From positions 9,734,001-9,798,000 of the forward strand of contig NC_092671.1 of the NCBI RefSeq assembly GCF_964355755.1: DNA of 64,000 nucleotides, written 5' to 3'. Every line of letters begins with the position of its first letter. Position 1 is the first letter of the stretch. The position numbers and the translations under genes are program-made. The notes beneath the pieces are model-generated. The model saw only the letters and a program-made list of their open reading frames with translations. It was not told the DNA's origin and searched no databases. This document shows positions 37,901-52,000 of the stretch, piece by piece. This stretch comes from Antedon mediterranea. Its lineage: Eukaryota; Animalia; Echinodermata.

Positions 37901-40445
37901 TATCACAGAGAATCGGGTGCCGGACTTCATAAGAAATTACTAAGTACCTCTTGCACTTTCTAATTGTCGCTGACCTTGCCATTATGTAAATTTGAATTTA
38001 AAGGTAAATTTATAATGTAAATTTGAATTAAAATGTAAATGTGTTATGTTTACATGACAAAATTTGTCATTTATGCAATTTATTCTAAATGTCTTTGAAT
38101 TTTACGGTAGCTCATTTTTATGTATTATTTTAATGTAGTATTATTGGAATTTTAAATAGTCATTATTATTATTATTTACATCCATGTGGAGGCCGCATAA
38201 TGAGCCGCTTGACATCGAGATTTTAACCTTCATACTTTTATTTTTTACTGCATGGCTTTGTCAACATTATCTGACATCATAATCAACATCGATGACATCA
38301 TTGTCATACAATCAATCAACAAGTGTATTCAAACAGCCTCTTAAGAATCCTCTGAATTGATTTATCAAATCAATCATCATTTTATTTGCTTCAAATTAAA
38401 TTTAAAAGTGTTACGCCTTATTTCATTAAAATCAATTAATGTGTTGAGAAAGTCATACAAACTATCGTAATAACACACGTTAGCACACACGCAACCCAAA
38501 AGAATACGGTACATCGGTGGCTAATTGTTTTATTTGTATTTTTCTTTTAAGCCCCCTGGGACTCTTTAAAGGGGCGAAGCTAATGAATGTAAACAATAGC
38601 GTTATAATATTGCCCTATTGTTTGTTGGATTCTAAAACATGTTGGGCTGGGATAATCAAATCTTAATTTGGAGTGGGAAACAAAAATAGTTATTTTTTTA
38701 TGTTAATTTTAATTAATTTTAGCAATAAATTACTTTCCTTCTCTGATTGTCCTAAATTTAGTTAATTTCATGTATAGTATGAAACGATATATCTTATTAT
38801 AATTGTTTCTTCTCTGATTGTCCTAAAGTTTCAGTTCATTTGTAAAGAATGAAACGATATATATTATTCTAATCTAATTGTTTTTATAACTACCACGTAT
38901 GTCTGGTCAAATGCATTAATAATACAAACATTATTACTGTTTATTGCTGATTGTATTACCTATTATACAGTATACATATATTGAATAATAGGAACAGGGC
39001 CTAATAATAATACAGTAATAATAATAATGAGAATTCAAATCGATCGTATTCATTCAACCATCATGGCTCGATAACAATAGACGATTTTCTTTATTGAAAA
39101 TTATCGCAAAATTGATTGGCATCACTTGTTGTTTTATTAAACAATAATGATTCCGTAAACCTACGTTAAATTCACCTTACCTGTAATCGATCGCAATGGT
39201 ATAACCTCCTTAGATTCCTTTAAAGATATTATTTTTCTTGGGTAGACTCTGTAGGCCCTAACATCTTATTCACTATTGTTCCCGCCATAGACTGATTGGT
39301 AATTTTCACTGACATCTTAATAGTTTACATTGTCTTCGCATTGTGTGATATTACAAAAGGATTGAATCTTCATGGTTGGTGTGGGCAGTGTGTGAGGGCG
39401 TAAATTCAATATTTAGTTTCTTCTTATTCAAAGGGTCTAATTAGTCAGTCGTACGTTTTCGTTAATAGCACATAGAAATTATTTGTAAAAACAGTATTCT
39501 GCAGGTTTTATTTTAAAAACAGTGGCGGAATGGAGGGAAGGGGTGTAGTACTCGTACTATGTTAGGGGCGAGTGCCACAAGAAATGACTTTGTCTTTCCA
39601 AAACTTGCCTTTTATTTCGGAGTAACGGCAAGACCTACTGTACACCATTTATTCATTAAAAATAAATTTGACAACAGAACAATGTACATCATTCACTTTT
39701 ATTTTAAAAACAAAATCAATGATACATGCACCAAAATAAATAATATAAATTACTATGTCATGCAACAGTATTGAGTAAACAAACTAACAAGATTTCAGGT
39801 TATTTCTTTCAAAAGTGGGTGGCTGCCCTTAAATTATATTAAATTAAGTAGGATATTTTTCAAATGTAAGAATACATAGTTTGTGGCAAAACCCAGGGGC
39901 CCCAGAGCATAAGGGGTCCAAAAGCATGAGGAGCACAAAAGCAACTACCCAGCATTGGAGGGGCCCCTAAGGAGTGCTAAATCAGGGCCCATGCGCTCTG
40001 CGTTACGCCACAGACAGCATAGTCAGACAAGTAAGATATACAATATTATAATATTATCTAAATGCATGGATAAAAACCTCATTATATATAATTTCACAAT
40101 CAATTTCACAACCAGTACACTTGTCAATGGTTTAAACTTCAAAAAGTTCCTTTTTGTACAATAATGTATTTTTTTTTGTTTTTGGAGAAAATTTTTGGAT
40201 AAAGTTAAAAGCCACTGTGTATAAGAATAAGGAAATTAGTACCCCCAAAATAGTTTATGATGATGTTGTTATACCCAACTAGATTGTAGATGCCTGTTCG
40301 TCATTTCCTTCTATTAAAACAAAAGATATTCTATATCTACTATCTACAATAACCTAAAACAAAAAATTTTCTCTATTACGATCTACAATAAAAGAAAAGA
40401 TTTTGAAAGTACTAAACTATTAAAACACAATATTATCCTTGATTT

Positions 40446-43400
40446 CTACTTGCTCTTTTTCTCTTTAGATGTTGTTTTGCTACTACCACATGTGACATAA
40501 CAGCATTCTACAACCAATGCTATCACCATGACAACAATAACAAACATAGCACCAAAACAGATGTAAAGAGTTCCCATGTCTTTATCCGAAGTAAATTCCT
40601 ATATTTAAAACAAAATATCAATTGATTAACTAAATTTAAATATGTTTAATTTAATTTGAGACATCGATAAAATGTAATAATATAAAACCAACCTTTAGAT
40701 TATGAGCTAGTCTTTCAACTAAGGTATCACTGCAAGGTAAAAAACAACAATCATTATATATTATAAATAAAAAAGAATACACACAACATGCTCATTCATC
40801 ATAATTATTCAGGCAGATCTAGGAAAATACTGTGATACAGATAACATGTGCATCACATGTGAGCAATGTATTAGCATGTGCAAATACAGTGTAGTAGTGA
40901 ATTTGTAAAATAAAAAGGAAATGTACTACTATAGACAAGGATTTAAACTTGCATTGACCTGTCTGGTTAACAATGGAGCGTAATGGTTAACAAGCTTGCC
41001 TAGTGACCCATGTTCCTGAGTTCGATCGCCAATATCACCTGTGTTTCAGTACATGGATTATTTTAACACCACTACATACACTTTGCAAGAAACGTGAATC
41101 CTTTGCAAACAATGTGTTCAACTTACAAGGGAGATGCTTGTAAACTAACAGGTGAGCCTTTGGCATGCTGGTATCCTGTTTCTGCAAATACAGCTAATGA
41201 AGCAGGGTCTTTGGCTGGTAACTCGTAAATGTATTGCTTTCCTTGACGAAATCTGAAATTTTATCAACCAAAAAGACTTTATATTCTGTTTTTTTTTTAA
41301 GCTTGTGAATCAGTTAAAATCATCACAGTGATTTCTTTTTTTTTTCTGGCCCAAGTAAAAACCACATCTACTGTTCTAGATTAGAAATAAACACCCTCTT
41401 CCATCTTGCATAAAAAAGGCTAGGCTATGCACAAATTCTGCACTCAGATTTTGGACCCAGGAACAGGTCAGTTTTTTATTTAGTCCACAACAATTTCAAT
41501 TGTATTAGCAGCAATCATGGAAAAGGGAGAAGATAATGCATGGCACATGACACAAAATTAACCAATCAAATAGCAACACTTACAGTAGGTGTGTAATATA
41601 AATATGCAATAACATCTGACATGTGACCCATTATGGCGGCCCAATCAAATTACAATTTTCTATATTTATATATACTACTTACAGCATAATAACAGGTAAG
41701 CTATCGCCAATTTTAAATCTTCTTTTTAATAGTTCATTCTTAGTTGGGTCAACATAAGCAAAATTTGCACGACCCTGTAATCTAAAATTGATAGAAAATA
41801 TTATAATAATAAAAGTAAATTTACAGACATATAGAAACTGCCCAGTACTGAAATACACCGGAAATTAATTTATTTAAAAATGGTATTTATGAGAATAAGA
41901 AAAAGCTGCTCCAAATGAGATTTAAACAGGGTATCTTCTGCTTCATATGACTATATCCTAACATCCTACCATAGACCATGGTTATTGCAAGAATGAGAAA
42001 AAGCTACACAAAACGACATTTGAACACGGAATAATCAGCTTCACTTATGCATACATCCTATTAGACCATTAAGGTATACCTGCATCCATGGTTAGACAAC
42101 TGGGCATTTAAAAAATCCTACAGACGACTATCAAGAGGATTACCTGGCAGCTGCACCTTCCCATGATGCAGAGAGTGCAAAGCATGCTGGAACATCTTTC
42201 TTACAGCTGTAACAAATAACAAAATCAAGATAAAATTTATATCAGTTACTTTGTTATTTAATATACATATAAATCATGTTTAACTTGAAACTGAGAAATT
42301 CAGAATTATTATTCCCTACTATACAGACATACATCATTATATTGTTTTACCTCTGACAAGCAATGTTAGCCATGTTTCCATGAATTGTAACCAAATAAAT
42401 TGAATTTAAGACTATTGTAAAATAACAGACACCATACGAGTAGGCCTAGCTTATAAATGCACCAGTTCTTTAATGTTAACCAGCTATAGACAGTTTACAT
42501 TACTAGTGATTTTTTAAACTTACAAGTTAACCATCCAATTGCCCGTGGTTGCACCTGTGGATGCCTGCGTTAAATGCTCAAAGGTATCGTCAAATAAATT
42601 AACAGTAATCTGGTTTGTATTAGAATCTACCCATTGTGCAATTGCATAACCATCCAGTTCACCTAGACAAGTAAATAAAGGAATGTGTTGAAGTATGTAA
42701 TATTATACATTTACACATTTTGTATCAATGGTTAATGTTCTTGCCTTTCGTGGTCAAATTCCGACTTAGAGCCAGGGTTGTAACTCACGACTTATTCAAC
42801 GCCACTTCCTAGAGACTTAGTTTATAAGCATGATAAATTATTAAATAGTTTTATACATCCTTTAATTGGTGAGTTACTCACTGTTGGATGTGTATAAATT
42901 AACAAAAAATGTTTAAATAGGACTCGCCACCATAAGCCATTCCCCTTGGAACATTGCCTTTGTAAATAGGGTTGTTAGTACTGTAGTGTTAAAGCATACC
43001 ATATACTTCACAGGAAAGTGTCCACTTTATAGGAGTGTCTTCCCCCCGAGTAGAGGTGTACACAAGGAGAGGTTATACTGTACTACTGTAGTATCATGTA
43101 ATCATATTTAATAAATAAAATAAAAACTATTCTGATGTTTGAAAAGTAGGATTTTGTACTGCGTTACCACTCTATTTTACATCAAGGATTGTAGTACCAT
43201 AATACTTACCAAAATACATAACAGGTAGACCTTCACTTCTGAAATATATCAAAGTGGGAAGCCTTGGTACTCCATATTGTCTGGTAAGAGTTGCATCATC
43301 GACTCGATAAATTCCAATTCCCTCACCAATCAATATATGTGAAAGTTTTTCATATTCTTTTTGAAATTCTTTACATTTTTGGCAATTTGGACTTCCTGTA

Positions 43401-43860
43401 ATTCAAATGTTTTAAGAAAATAATAAGTTTAAATATGTTAATATCATCAAACACACTGTTTTAAATACACTATTTACTATTCCAATCATTCCTATAGGTA
43501 TGTGCAATGCTTATCATTTTCTATTATATTGTCGAGGAGGGCACATCCAGAGTTTTGTTGGATGAGGTATGATGATGAGTAATAATCATAATATACTATT
43601 AAAATCTTACCGAATTGTACAATCATGTGTTTCCCAGCCATTGCTAGCTGTTCGAATTGATTTCTCGATAACAGTGTAATAACACTGTCCTCCCCACCAC
43701 CAGCAGCAGTTTCTTTTTGTGGCTCGGTTTTCTTTTCTTGTCTTGTTGAAATTGGTTTTTTCGGATCCTGCTTGGAATCTGCACCTTCACAACTTCTTTG
43801 GCATAGAACTAACATCAACACCACACAATAATACACACATACTTTATTGCTTATTGCCAT
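40446..43860 (-). CDS. Type I ER membrane protein with two thioredoxin-like folds (Drosophila CG11790-like), 350 aa
   Basis: Exons 43860-43611, 43395-43210, 42662-42524, 42206-42144, 41781-41683, 41252-41127, 40729-40693 (37 nt), 40598-40446 total 1053 nt. Signal peptide, CQKC motif, FEHLTQASTGATTGNWMVNF signature, C-terminal TM helix and KKSK-stop dilysine motif. Confidence 0.88.
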
Positions 43861-46002
43861 TTTGTAATAAAAATCAATAGACTGTTCCTAGGCCCGTCTT
43901 GATTGTATCGATCAAGAGGACACGACCCCTCTAGAAGCAGTGAATGCCGGTGGTGTAAGTGTACAACAATACAAATGAACAAAGCCTAGCTAGGCTAGAC
44001 ACTTCACCATCTATTTATCTTTGACCTAAAGAACAAATTAATTAATGTATGTTTTGCAACATCTTAATTAATGTCACTAATTAATGTTATATAAAAAAAA
44101 CTGAAATGTATTAATTAAAAAGCTGAATAAACAACGATAATATATTCACATCTGCTGCAACGTGACTTGAAGTTTCCAGGTACTAAATTCGCCACATGGC
44201 CCAGGCGTATGGAACGCCAAGAGGGCAAAGAAAATAACTAGAGACTTGGTTGTGGGACAATTCTATGTTTTTCGAATAATTGACCCATATATTGATTACT
44301 ATTGATACTATGACTCCATAAATTATACTAACGCATTATATAGGCATATTTAGCTTTATTTTTAGTACATAATAATTAAAATTTTAAAAAGTTTGATATC
44401 TTCTTCGAAAAACCACCAATAACAACCGGTTTATTTCGTTAACATAATTTATTATATGCAAAGTGACATCCTTTAAACCACACAATGTGTTCTGCGCATG
44501 TTACCAATCACATTACATATTTTGAAACCCGGGGTCAATATTTCAGAGGAATTTTTCAAAAAATGCCCAAATTTCGCCTCAGTCTATTATTTGTTGATAT
44601 AATATTGGTTACATTTATATCATAATGTGATACATGAACCACATAATGTGTTCTGCGCACTTTACCTCATGTATATATTTTTATAGGTTGATATTTTTGC
44701 CATTTTACAAATAAATCCCTGTACTATAAAACATAATAATTGAATTGGAAAAAAGAAAATGAGACATTAAAACACACAAATGCAATAAATTTCATTTTTA
44801 AAAAGAACAGATGCCCATTACATTTTTGGAAATAAGAAATATGGAATGTTATTATTTGCTAGTCTGTGTATAAATATTTTAAAAATCATAGGTTAGGTCT
44901 TACTATCTTAATCTTACTATAACAATATAAAATACTGCACAGAAAATTAATTTTTCTTTTTTTGACACTTAAATTACCAGTAAAGAACCTAATACAAAGA
45001 GCAGTATATTCATAATATGAATATTTTATTTTATTATTTTACAATAATTTGTGCATAATAAAGCGTCAGTTGATCATTTATTTATTTTAAAATATTTATA
45101 TATTAAAAAAGTTAAAAGTATATCTAACAAACCCACATGAATGATGTTCTACAATAATTCATAAATAACATAATTCTAAAAGATAAAATTTATTTTTTGA
45201 AAGGGCTTCAGTGTACAAAAACTACTCGAAGCTAAAAGAAATTCTCTGAGGAAAATATAATTTTAGCTATACATATATTTCAGCAGTGAAAAGCAGTAAA
45301 TTATTAAAATGTATTAAAAATGGAATAAAATTGTATAAGAACCAACTGTATTATTACATAATTCATTAAGTAATAAGATAAACAGTACATTATATAGGAA
45401 AACAAGGTTTTTAGTAAATAATCAATAATACTGTACTATTAAAATTCTTTATAAATATACTAAAATATATTAGATTTCTGAATAATATGTTAATAATTAT
45501 ATAAACGAATTAATATTTTAATGTCATTAACGATCAAAATATACTATAGTCAAGGTGGTATATAATTATATTGTAACAGCAAATATCAAATTTTGATATC
45601 ACTGTACAGTATTAGTATTATAATAATATCTTAAATTTCCATATTAATACAAAGGTAAAACAGCAATATATACAAAACAAATGTATTATTAATTAATTAA
45701 TGCATTGAAAGTATTAATGGAATGATTAAATACCAATGAGACTAGCTGTGACACCCTGAATCATCTGAACGGAAGATAAAGAGTGTAAAGCTATATTCAC
45801 ATTAAAACTGATTCAGGTGGCTGGAGAAAATTCCAGGCTTAGTGTAAACATAACTATAAGAATTTTTGTACATTCTTTTAATGATGATGAACCTAAGACG
45901 CTTGCAAAAATTCCTCTATAATTCTGTTACTAATTCATTTTAAAAGGTCAAAGGTTAAGAAACTGAGTTGTACTGACCAGCAGTAACAAAATAATATTGT
46001 AT

Positions 46003-49000
46003 CTAAACATAAAAATCCTTGCCAGTCACATTTTTTGTTTTGTAAAAGATACTTGCTGACCGATCTGTTACCTTCTTTCGCCAAATTTTTCCCTATAAGA
46101 AAAAAAAACAAGTTGATTAAAATCATTGTTTAGAAAATGATGTAGATAGTAGAGAAATGCGGAGGTTTAGGAACCCCAAGTGGCCCTCCAACATTTTTAG
46201 CTGTTTTTTACATATTTTAATGTCTGTTTTTTCCTCTGGACACTGCTCAGGGGCCTCCATAAGATTTGAGTGAATGAGTGAGCGATCATAGCCGTTTCGA
46301 AACTATAAGTAGAAAGGGCACAGTTATGAAAAGAAGTGTATTCCTGCTCACTTTTTTTGACTTCTTCTTAGCTTTCTTGTCCTTTGGACTGGTTGCCTCT
46401 TCTTCTTCACTTGGACTGGCATTCATCTCTTGATTGTTAGCCTAAAAGAATTAATATTGAGTGGTGATAATATAGCTGATATAAATCTGTTTTAAACAGT
46501 CAATCTGTGAGAAGTTCTACAACTATTTGTGATATTAAAATATATATTGATTGATTGATTGAAATTTATATTTATACTGGGTAACCTCTTCAGTCAAAGA
46601 CTGGTCTCCCAGAGGGCCCAGTTGGTGATCAGTGGCTGTGATGTACTAATACACCGGGGTAACCCCCTACTCGTCTCGAAAGATGTACTAGGTTCTTTAA
46701 GTGCACACGAGCTAGATGTGTACACTGGACCTAAGGTTTATAGTGCTAATCAGGAAGATTCGTTCTACCACCAGAACCATGGAGTGAGTGAGCCTCGAAC
46801 CCCTGCCGATGTTATGGCTACGTAATTACGGTTCCACTGTCTTAACCGCTCGGCCACTCACTCACTCACTCTTATTTTAAACAAAACTAACCAGTCAATT
46901 GCCAAGAACTGGCAATTTGTATCTCTCTATTTTTATATATGTTTGATTGCAAGCGCTTGTAGTTCCTTCACATTGTTGGTAATAAAGTTTTCGTATGTCT
47001 TATGTCTATGTCTTATGTCATTCTTTCTTTGATCACAACACACTACTTGTATGAATATATACAGTTCCAGAATAATAATAAAAATATCACAAACAAGCAT
47101 ATTATTTACACAAGGTGGTTCTAAAGTTAAAACAGATTCACTATCTTACATCAGCGACTCTGTTAAGTTCTGAGTCAATAGGTGCTAGATTGCTAACAAA
47201 CGTTTGATAAATCCCTTCGTCATCTTCTTCCTTTTGCTGCCTGCAAAATAAATGAAGAGTGCCCTCTATCAGTAAAAATATAATCTGTCTGTTGACTAAT
47301 TTATAAGAACAGAGTTAATTTTTCAAAACTTGTCTCCAATTATAATCATCAAAATTATCATTATAGCAAATATTCTGTGGGCTATACTTTTGTACTTACA
47401 CATGTCGCTCAACTAACTTCTGCGTCACAATTGCGTTTAGACGCGCCTCTCCATACAGACCATCTACCGCAAGTTTAGCAGTTGATTGGGCTGCATGTGT
47501 CCCAAGAACCGCTACATTTAAGTCTAAAAAACAATAAAAATTAAATTGATATTGATAGAATGGTGCATCATTACCAAGCAATTGAAATATTTTTGAGCCA
47601 GAAATGTTGGATGAGTATGTATTTATAGTTAAGCAAATTAAGAGCTGCTTAAAAAAATAGTTTATTTGGTTGAAATATCAATGGGGTCTAAACTTCAGAG
47701 CTGTGATAAAAACCAAAACTAGTATTATGCAGGTAAAGACTAACTTTGCTCAGCAAACTGACGATCCTTTGTCACTGGTCTATCCATGGTTATAATACGT
47801 AGACACTCTGATCCGGTACGAGTTGTGTAACGTATCTGCAACTGGAAAGGCAGACGTTCCAATCCTTCAATTGCACTCGTTGCCATCACAGTATCGTATA
47901 TTGGCTCCTCTGAAAATAGGGTAATGGTAATTGTTTATATTGACAAGTAGCTTAATTTTGTACATTCAATCTAATTACAAATTGTTACCATATATTAATT
48001 AAACAAAACAATCATCCATTATAAGAAAAATCTATATTGACAATCAATTTTAATTATTTTGTGATCTATGAGGGTTTTTTTTTTGTGAATCATTTCATTA
48101 AAACAATTAAAGGCTTACCTGCTGCTTGGTCGGAGTCTACCATCGTTCCACCAAGGTTATCATAGAGCACTGTGGGTAAAATTAATGAATCACATTGACA
48201 ATAAACCATTTTAATTACTATGATTTAGGTAAAAAGGAAAACAATAAACCACTAATGCTGACAAATTTATTTAGGCAAAGTATTTGGAATTCTGTCATGT
48301 TTCATGTATTGAATCAAGACAATAAATCAATTAAATAATTGATTGGATAACTGTTATGTCATATCCATCCTGTAAGTTTTCTCCAAACGCTACACGCTGA
48401 GGTTTCCACACAAAGTATTATGAGGAACAACTAGGTCAGGTACTACATATATTATATTAAATAATATGAAGGGCTAGTGTTGCCAAAAGCTCTGCAAATT
48501 GTTCTGGGTGTTTTACTTTTTGCTTATTGTATCTTGTATTGATACAGCACTGTATTGAGATCCAGCCACTGATATCCACAGTATTTTCATTTATATAGTT
48601 TTGGATTTATATTAAATATTATATCCAGTCACTTTAAACAATGACATAAAAAAGGTGAACCCCCCTAGCATGATGAGGCTGGAGACAATGAAAGATGTTG
48701 ACTATTTTATAAAGTTGGCTAACAAACGAAAGGAATGGAGAAACCTGGTACAAAGAGTAAGCAAGGCAGCCCAGGTGGAGAAATCAGAAGATTACTCGGC
48801 GAAGAGGCACTAAATAAATAATAAAAATAATAATTAAATAATATGTATTAATATAACATCAAACCTTGCATAACTGGCTTTTTTCGTACACCAAATTCAA
48901 AAGTAGCTTCAGAGTCACTTGTGACGTTGCCAATGTTGCGACTCACTACACTGCCTTCTGTATCTTCATTTCGAAAATACCTAAATTAAAAATGTTTATA

Positions 49001-52000
49001 GATAAATTATAACTTAAGCATTTTGTATTTAACAGTAAAATTTTTCAGATGCAAACAGCCAATATACATGGAGTATACAGTACACAGATTTTTACTATTA
49101 ACTAAGCAGTCTGCTAAAGATATTTTATTTACATTTTTAATCCATATCCAAAACTTTATTTTACATTATTTTTACATACTTTTACAGACTGAATAATATT
49201 AAATCAATAATTCTACTTCTTACATTCCTTTGTGTAATATCAACTTTGCTGAAACCTTGCAAGCTAAGATTGGATCCTGCAGAATGCTACCAAATTCTTC
49301 AGATAAATTGTTGGGTTGAACGATATTGACCTATAATGACATCATTTTGGTTATAAGAAATTTAAAAAACAAAAAAAGGAATACTAAAAAACCTCCAGCA
49401 TTGTTTTTTAAATTCTTTATTTTTATTAGTGTAGTTGAAAGTTCTTTACGACCTTGTTGAAAAAGTTTAACCGTAATTAAATAGACTATTATATAGGATT
49501 ATTACTATTATGACAATTTCTGGGGTAAATTTCACTGGTAAACTTTCTAGTTTGAAATATTTGCAGTGCATTCATGACAGTAATAAATAATAGATCCTAG
49601 AAATTGAAAATATCACAGAAAATTTGCTGATACCAGGGGTCTACATCTTAATTCTTCTTTAAACTAATTTTGCACACACTTGACTTTTTCAACGGCATTG
49701 CATACTAATACTAAGGAAGAATCCCATACCCCTTAGCTGTACAGAATCCTGAATCAAGATTAGGTCAAACAACACTTGATAGTCGTTGGTTAAAAATATA
49801 AGGATATGAAAAGGATGTATGAAGGATATAACAAATGCCTGGCCTTTCCACTATAGATGGATGATGTATTTATATCTATGAGTAATATGGTTTTGGTTTT
49901 TATTGAAACAATGTACATTACCTGACCACCTGTAGCATCAGCTACTGATCCCAGTTCAATGACACGACAATCTTCGCCTTCCATTGTCAATACAGAAACA
50001 GACACTCTGAAAACATATAGAATAGTTTATTGTGCTAAATATTTATTTCAATAATAAAATAATTAAAATCTTGATATAAAATTTGTGGTACTGAAAAGAA
50101 CTGTTGAGTTCTCAACGTTTTCGATCAATATGCTTTGAGAGATCTCTCCTAAAGACGATCAAAGCATATTGATCGAAACGTCGAGAAACTCAACAGTTCT
50201 TTTCAGAATTAATACATGTGGTGTACCGCAAACTTTATATCAACTTTGATTTCACCATGCAAACCTTCAAACAATATATTATATAAAATCATTATGCATT
50301 TTTTTTGGTATTGTATTTTGCATCGGCAGAAACAGGCCCATAGTTCTATTTCTATATACTTTTGACAAATTTGTATTAAAATATGGGGACGCAAGCAACA
50401 TGAGATATATTTTTTCTACCATTTGGTCGTGATAACAACTTACCCATTTGCACAAGCATATTTGCCAGCCTCCTGATAGAAAACAGAAGCAGCTTCATAT
50501 TCATACTCAGTGTCTGTATAAAGAAGGCTACCAAGACCGATATTTGCCATTCCATCTGTACAAACTATGACCTTTGAACCTGGTCTTTGCGATGCCATTG
50601 CAATAGACACTAGAAGAGCTGGTCCCAAAGCGGTTTGTCCAACTTCATTTAAGCTGAAATATAAAAAGTGCGATTTCTTAGAAAAGTTCAATAAGAATAT
50701 GGATGACAAACTTCCTTATAAGGGCATTGCAGTGGAAGTTTATTATGTTATATAATATTTTATTTGATTCCTTATGAGTTTTAAATGTTTTTAATTCTAT
50801 TTTAAAACTTGAATAAAAAAACAATACCTGGTGGGGGCAGCTAATTATGGAATTGGAGGAGTGGGTTCCATGGACTAAAAATAGTAAAATGAACTACTGA
50901 ACTTAGGAGGATGTGTCTATCCTATCCTTCTTATTGCAATTTCTTCAATTTAGGGCGGGGTGGGGCTAGGGGAGTGTGTGTGTCTATCCTATCCTTCTTA
51001 TTGCAATTTCCTCAATTTAGGGCGGGGTGGGGCTAGGGGAGTGTGTGTGTCTATCCTATCCTTCTTATTGCAATTTCCTCAATTTAGGGCGGGGTGGGGC
51101 TAGGGGATGTTGTGTGTCTATCATATCCTTCTTATTGCAATTTCCTCAATTTAGGGCGGGGTGGGGCTAGGGGATGTTGTGTGTCTATCCTATCCTCCTT
51201 ATTGCAATTTCCTCAATTTAGGGCGGGGTGGGGCTAGGGGATGTTGTGTGTCTATCCTATCCTTCTTATTGCAATTTCCTCAATTTAGGGCGGGGTGGGG
51301 CTAGGGGAGTGTGTGTGTCTATCCTATCCTTCTTATTGCAATTTCTTCAATTTAGGGTGGGGTGGGGCTAGGGGATGTTGTGTGTCTATCCTATCCTTCT
51401 TATTGCAATTTCCTCAATTTAGGGCGGGGTGGGGCTAGGGGATGTTGTGTGTCTATCCTATCCTCCTTATTGCAATTTCCTCAATTTAGGGCGGGGTGGG
51501 GCTAGGGGATGTTGTGTGTCTATCCTATCCTCCTTATTGCAATTTCCTCAATTTAGGGCAGGGTGGGGCTAGGGGATGTTGTGTGTCTATCCTATCCTTC
51601 TTATTGCAATTTCCTCAATTTAGGGCGGGGTGGGGCTAGGGGAGTGTGTGTGTCTATCCTATCCTTCTTATTGCAATTTCCTCAATTTAGGGCAGGGTCG
51701 GGCTAGGGGATGTTGTGTGTCTATCCTATCCTTCTTATTGCAATTTCTTCAATTTAGGGCGGGGTGGGGCTAGGGGAGGGTGTGTGTCTATCCTATCCTT
51801 CTTATTGCAATTTCCTCAATTTAGGGCGGGGTGGGGCTAGGGGATGTGTGTCTATCCTATCCTTCTTATTGCAATTTCCTCAATTTAGGGCGGGGTGGGG
51901 CTGGGGGAGGGTGTGTGTCTAGATCACCGCTTTTTTATTCTACTGTATGTGAAGTGCAAGACACATGTTAACCTACATAACATGTTAACCTACATAACAT

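Noticed and set aside
45935-46126. ORF-track frame GKNLAKEG... as the last exon of the vWA gene
   Set aside because: Splice phase requires the other frame (GKIWRKKVTDRSASIFYKTK...), which stops at 46003.
46559-46825. 88-aa + strand ORF
   Set aside because: It is the antisense strand of the Deu-like SINE.
50911-51921. CRISPR-like periodic array
   Set aside because: Units repeat in full with no unique spacers, there are no cas genes, and the context is a eukaryotic intron.
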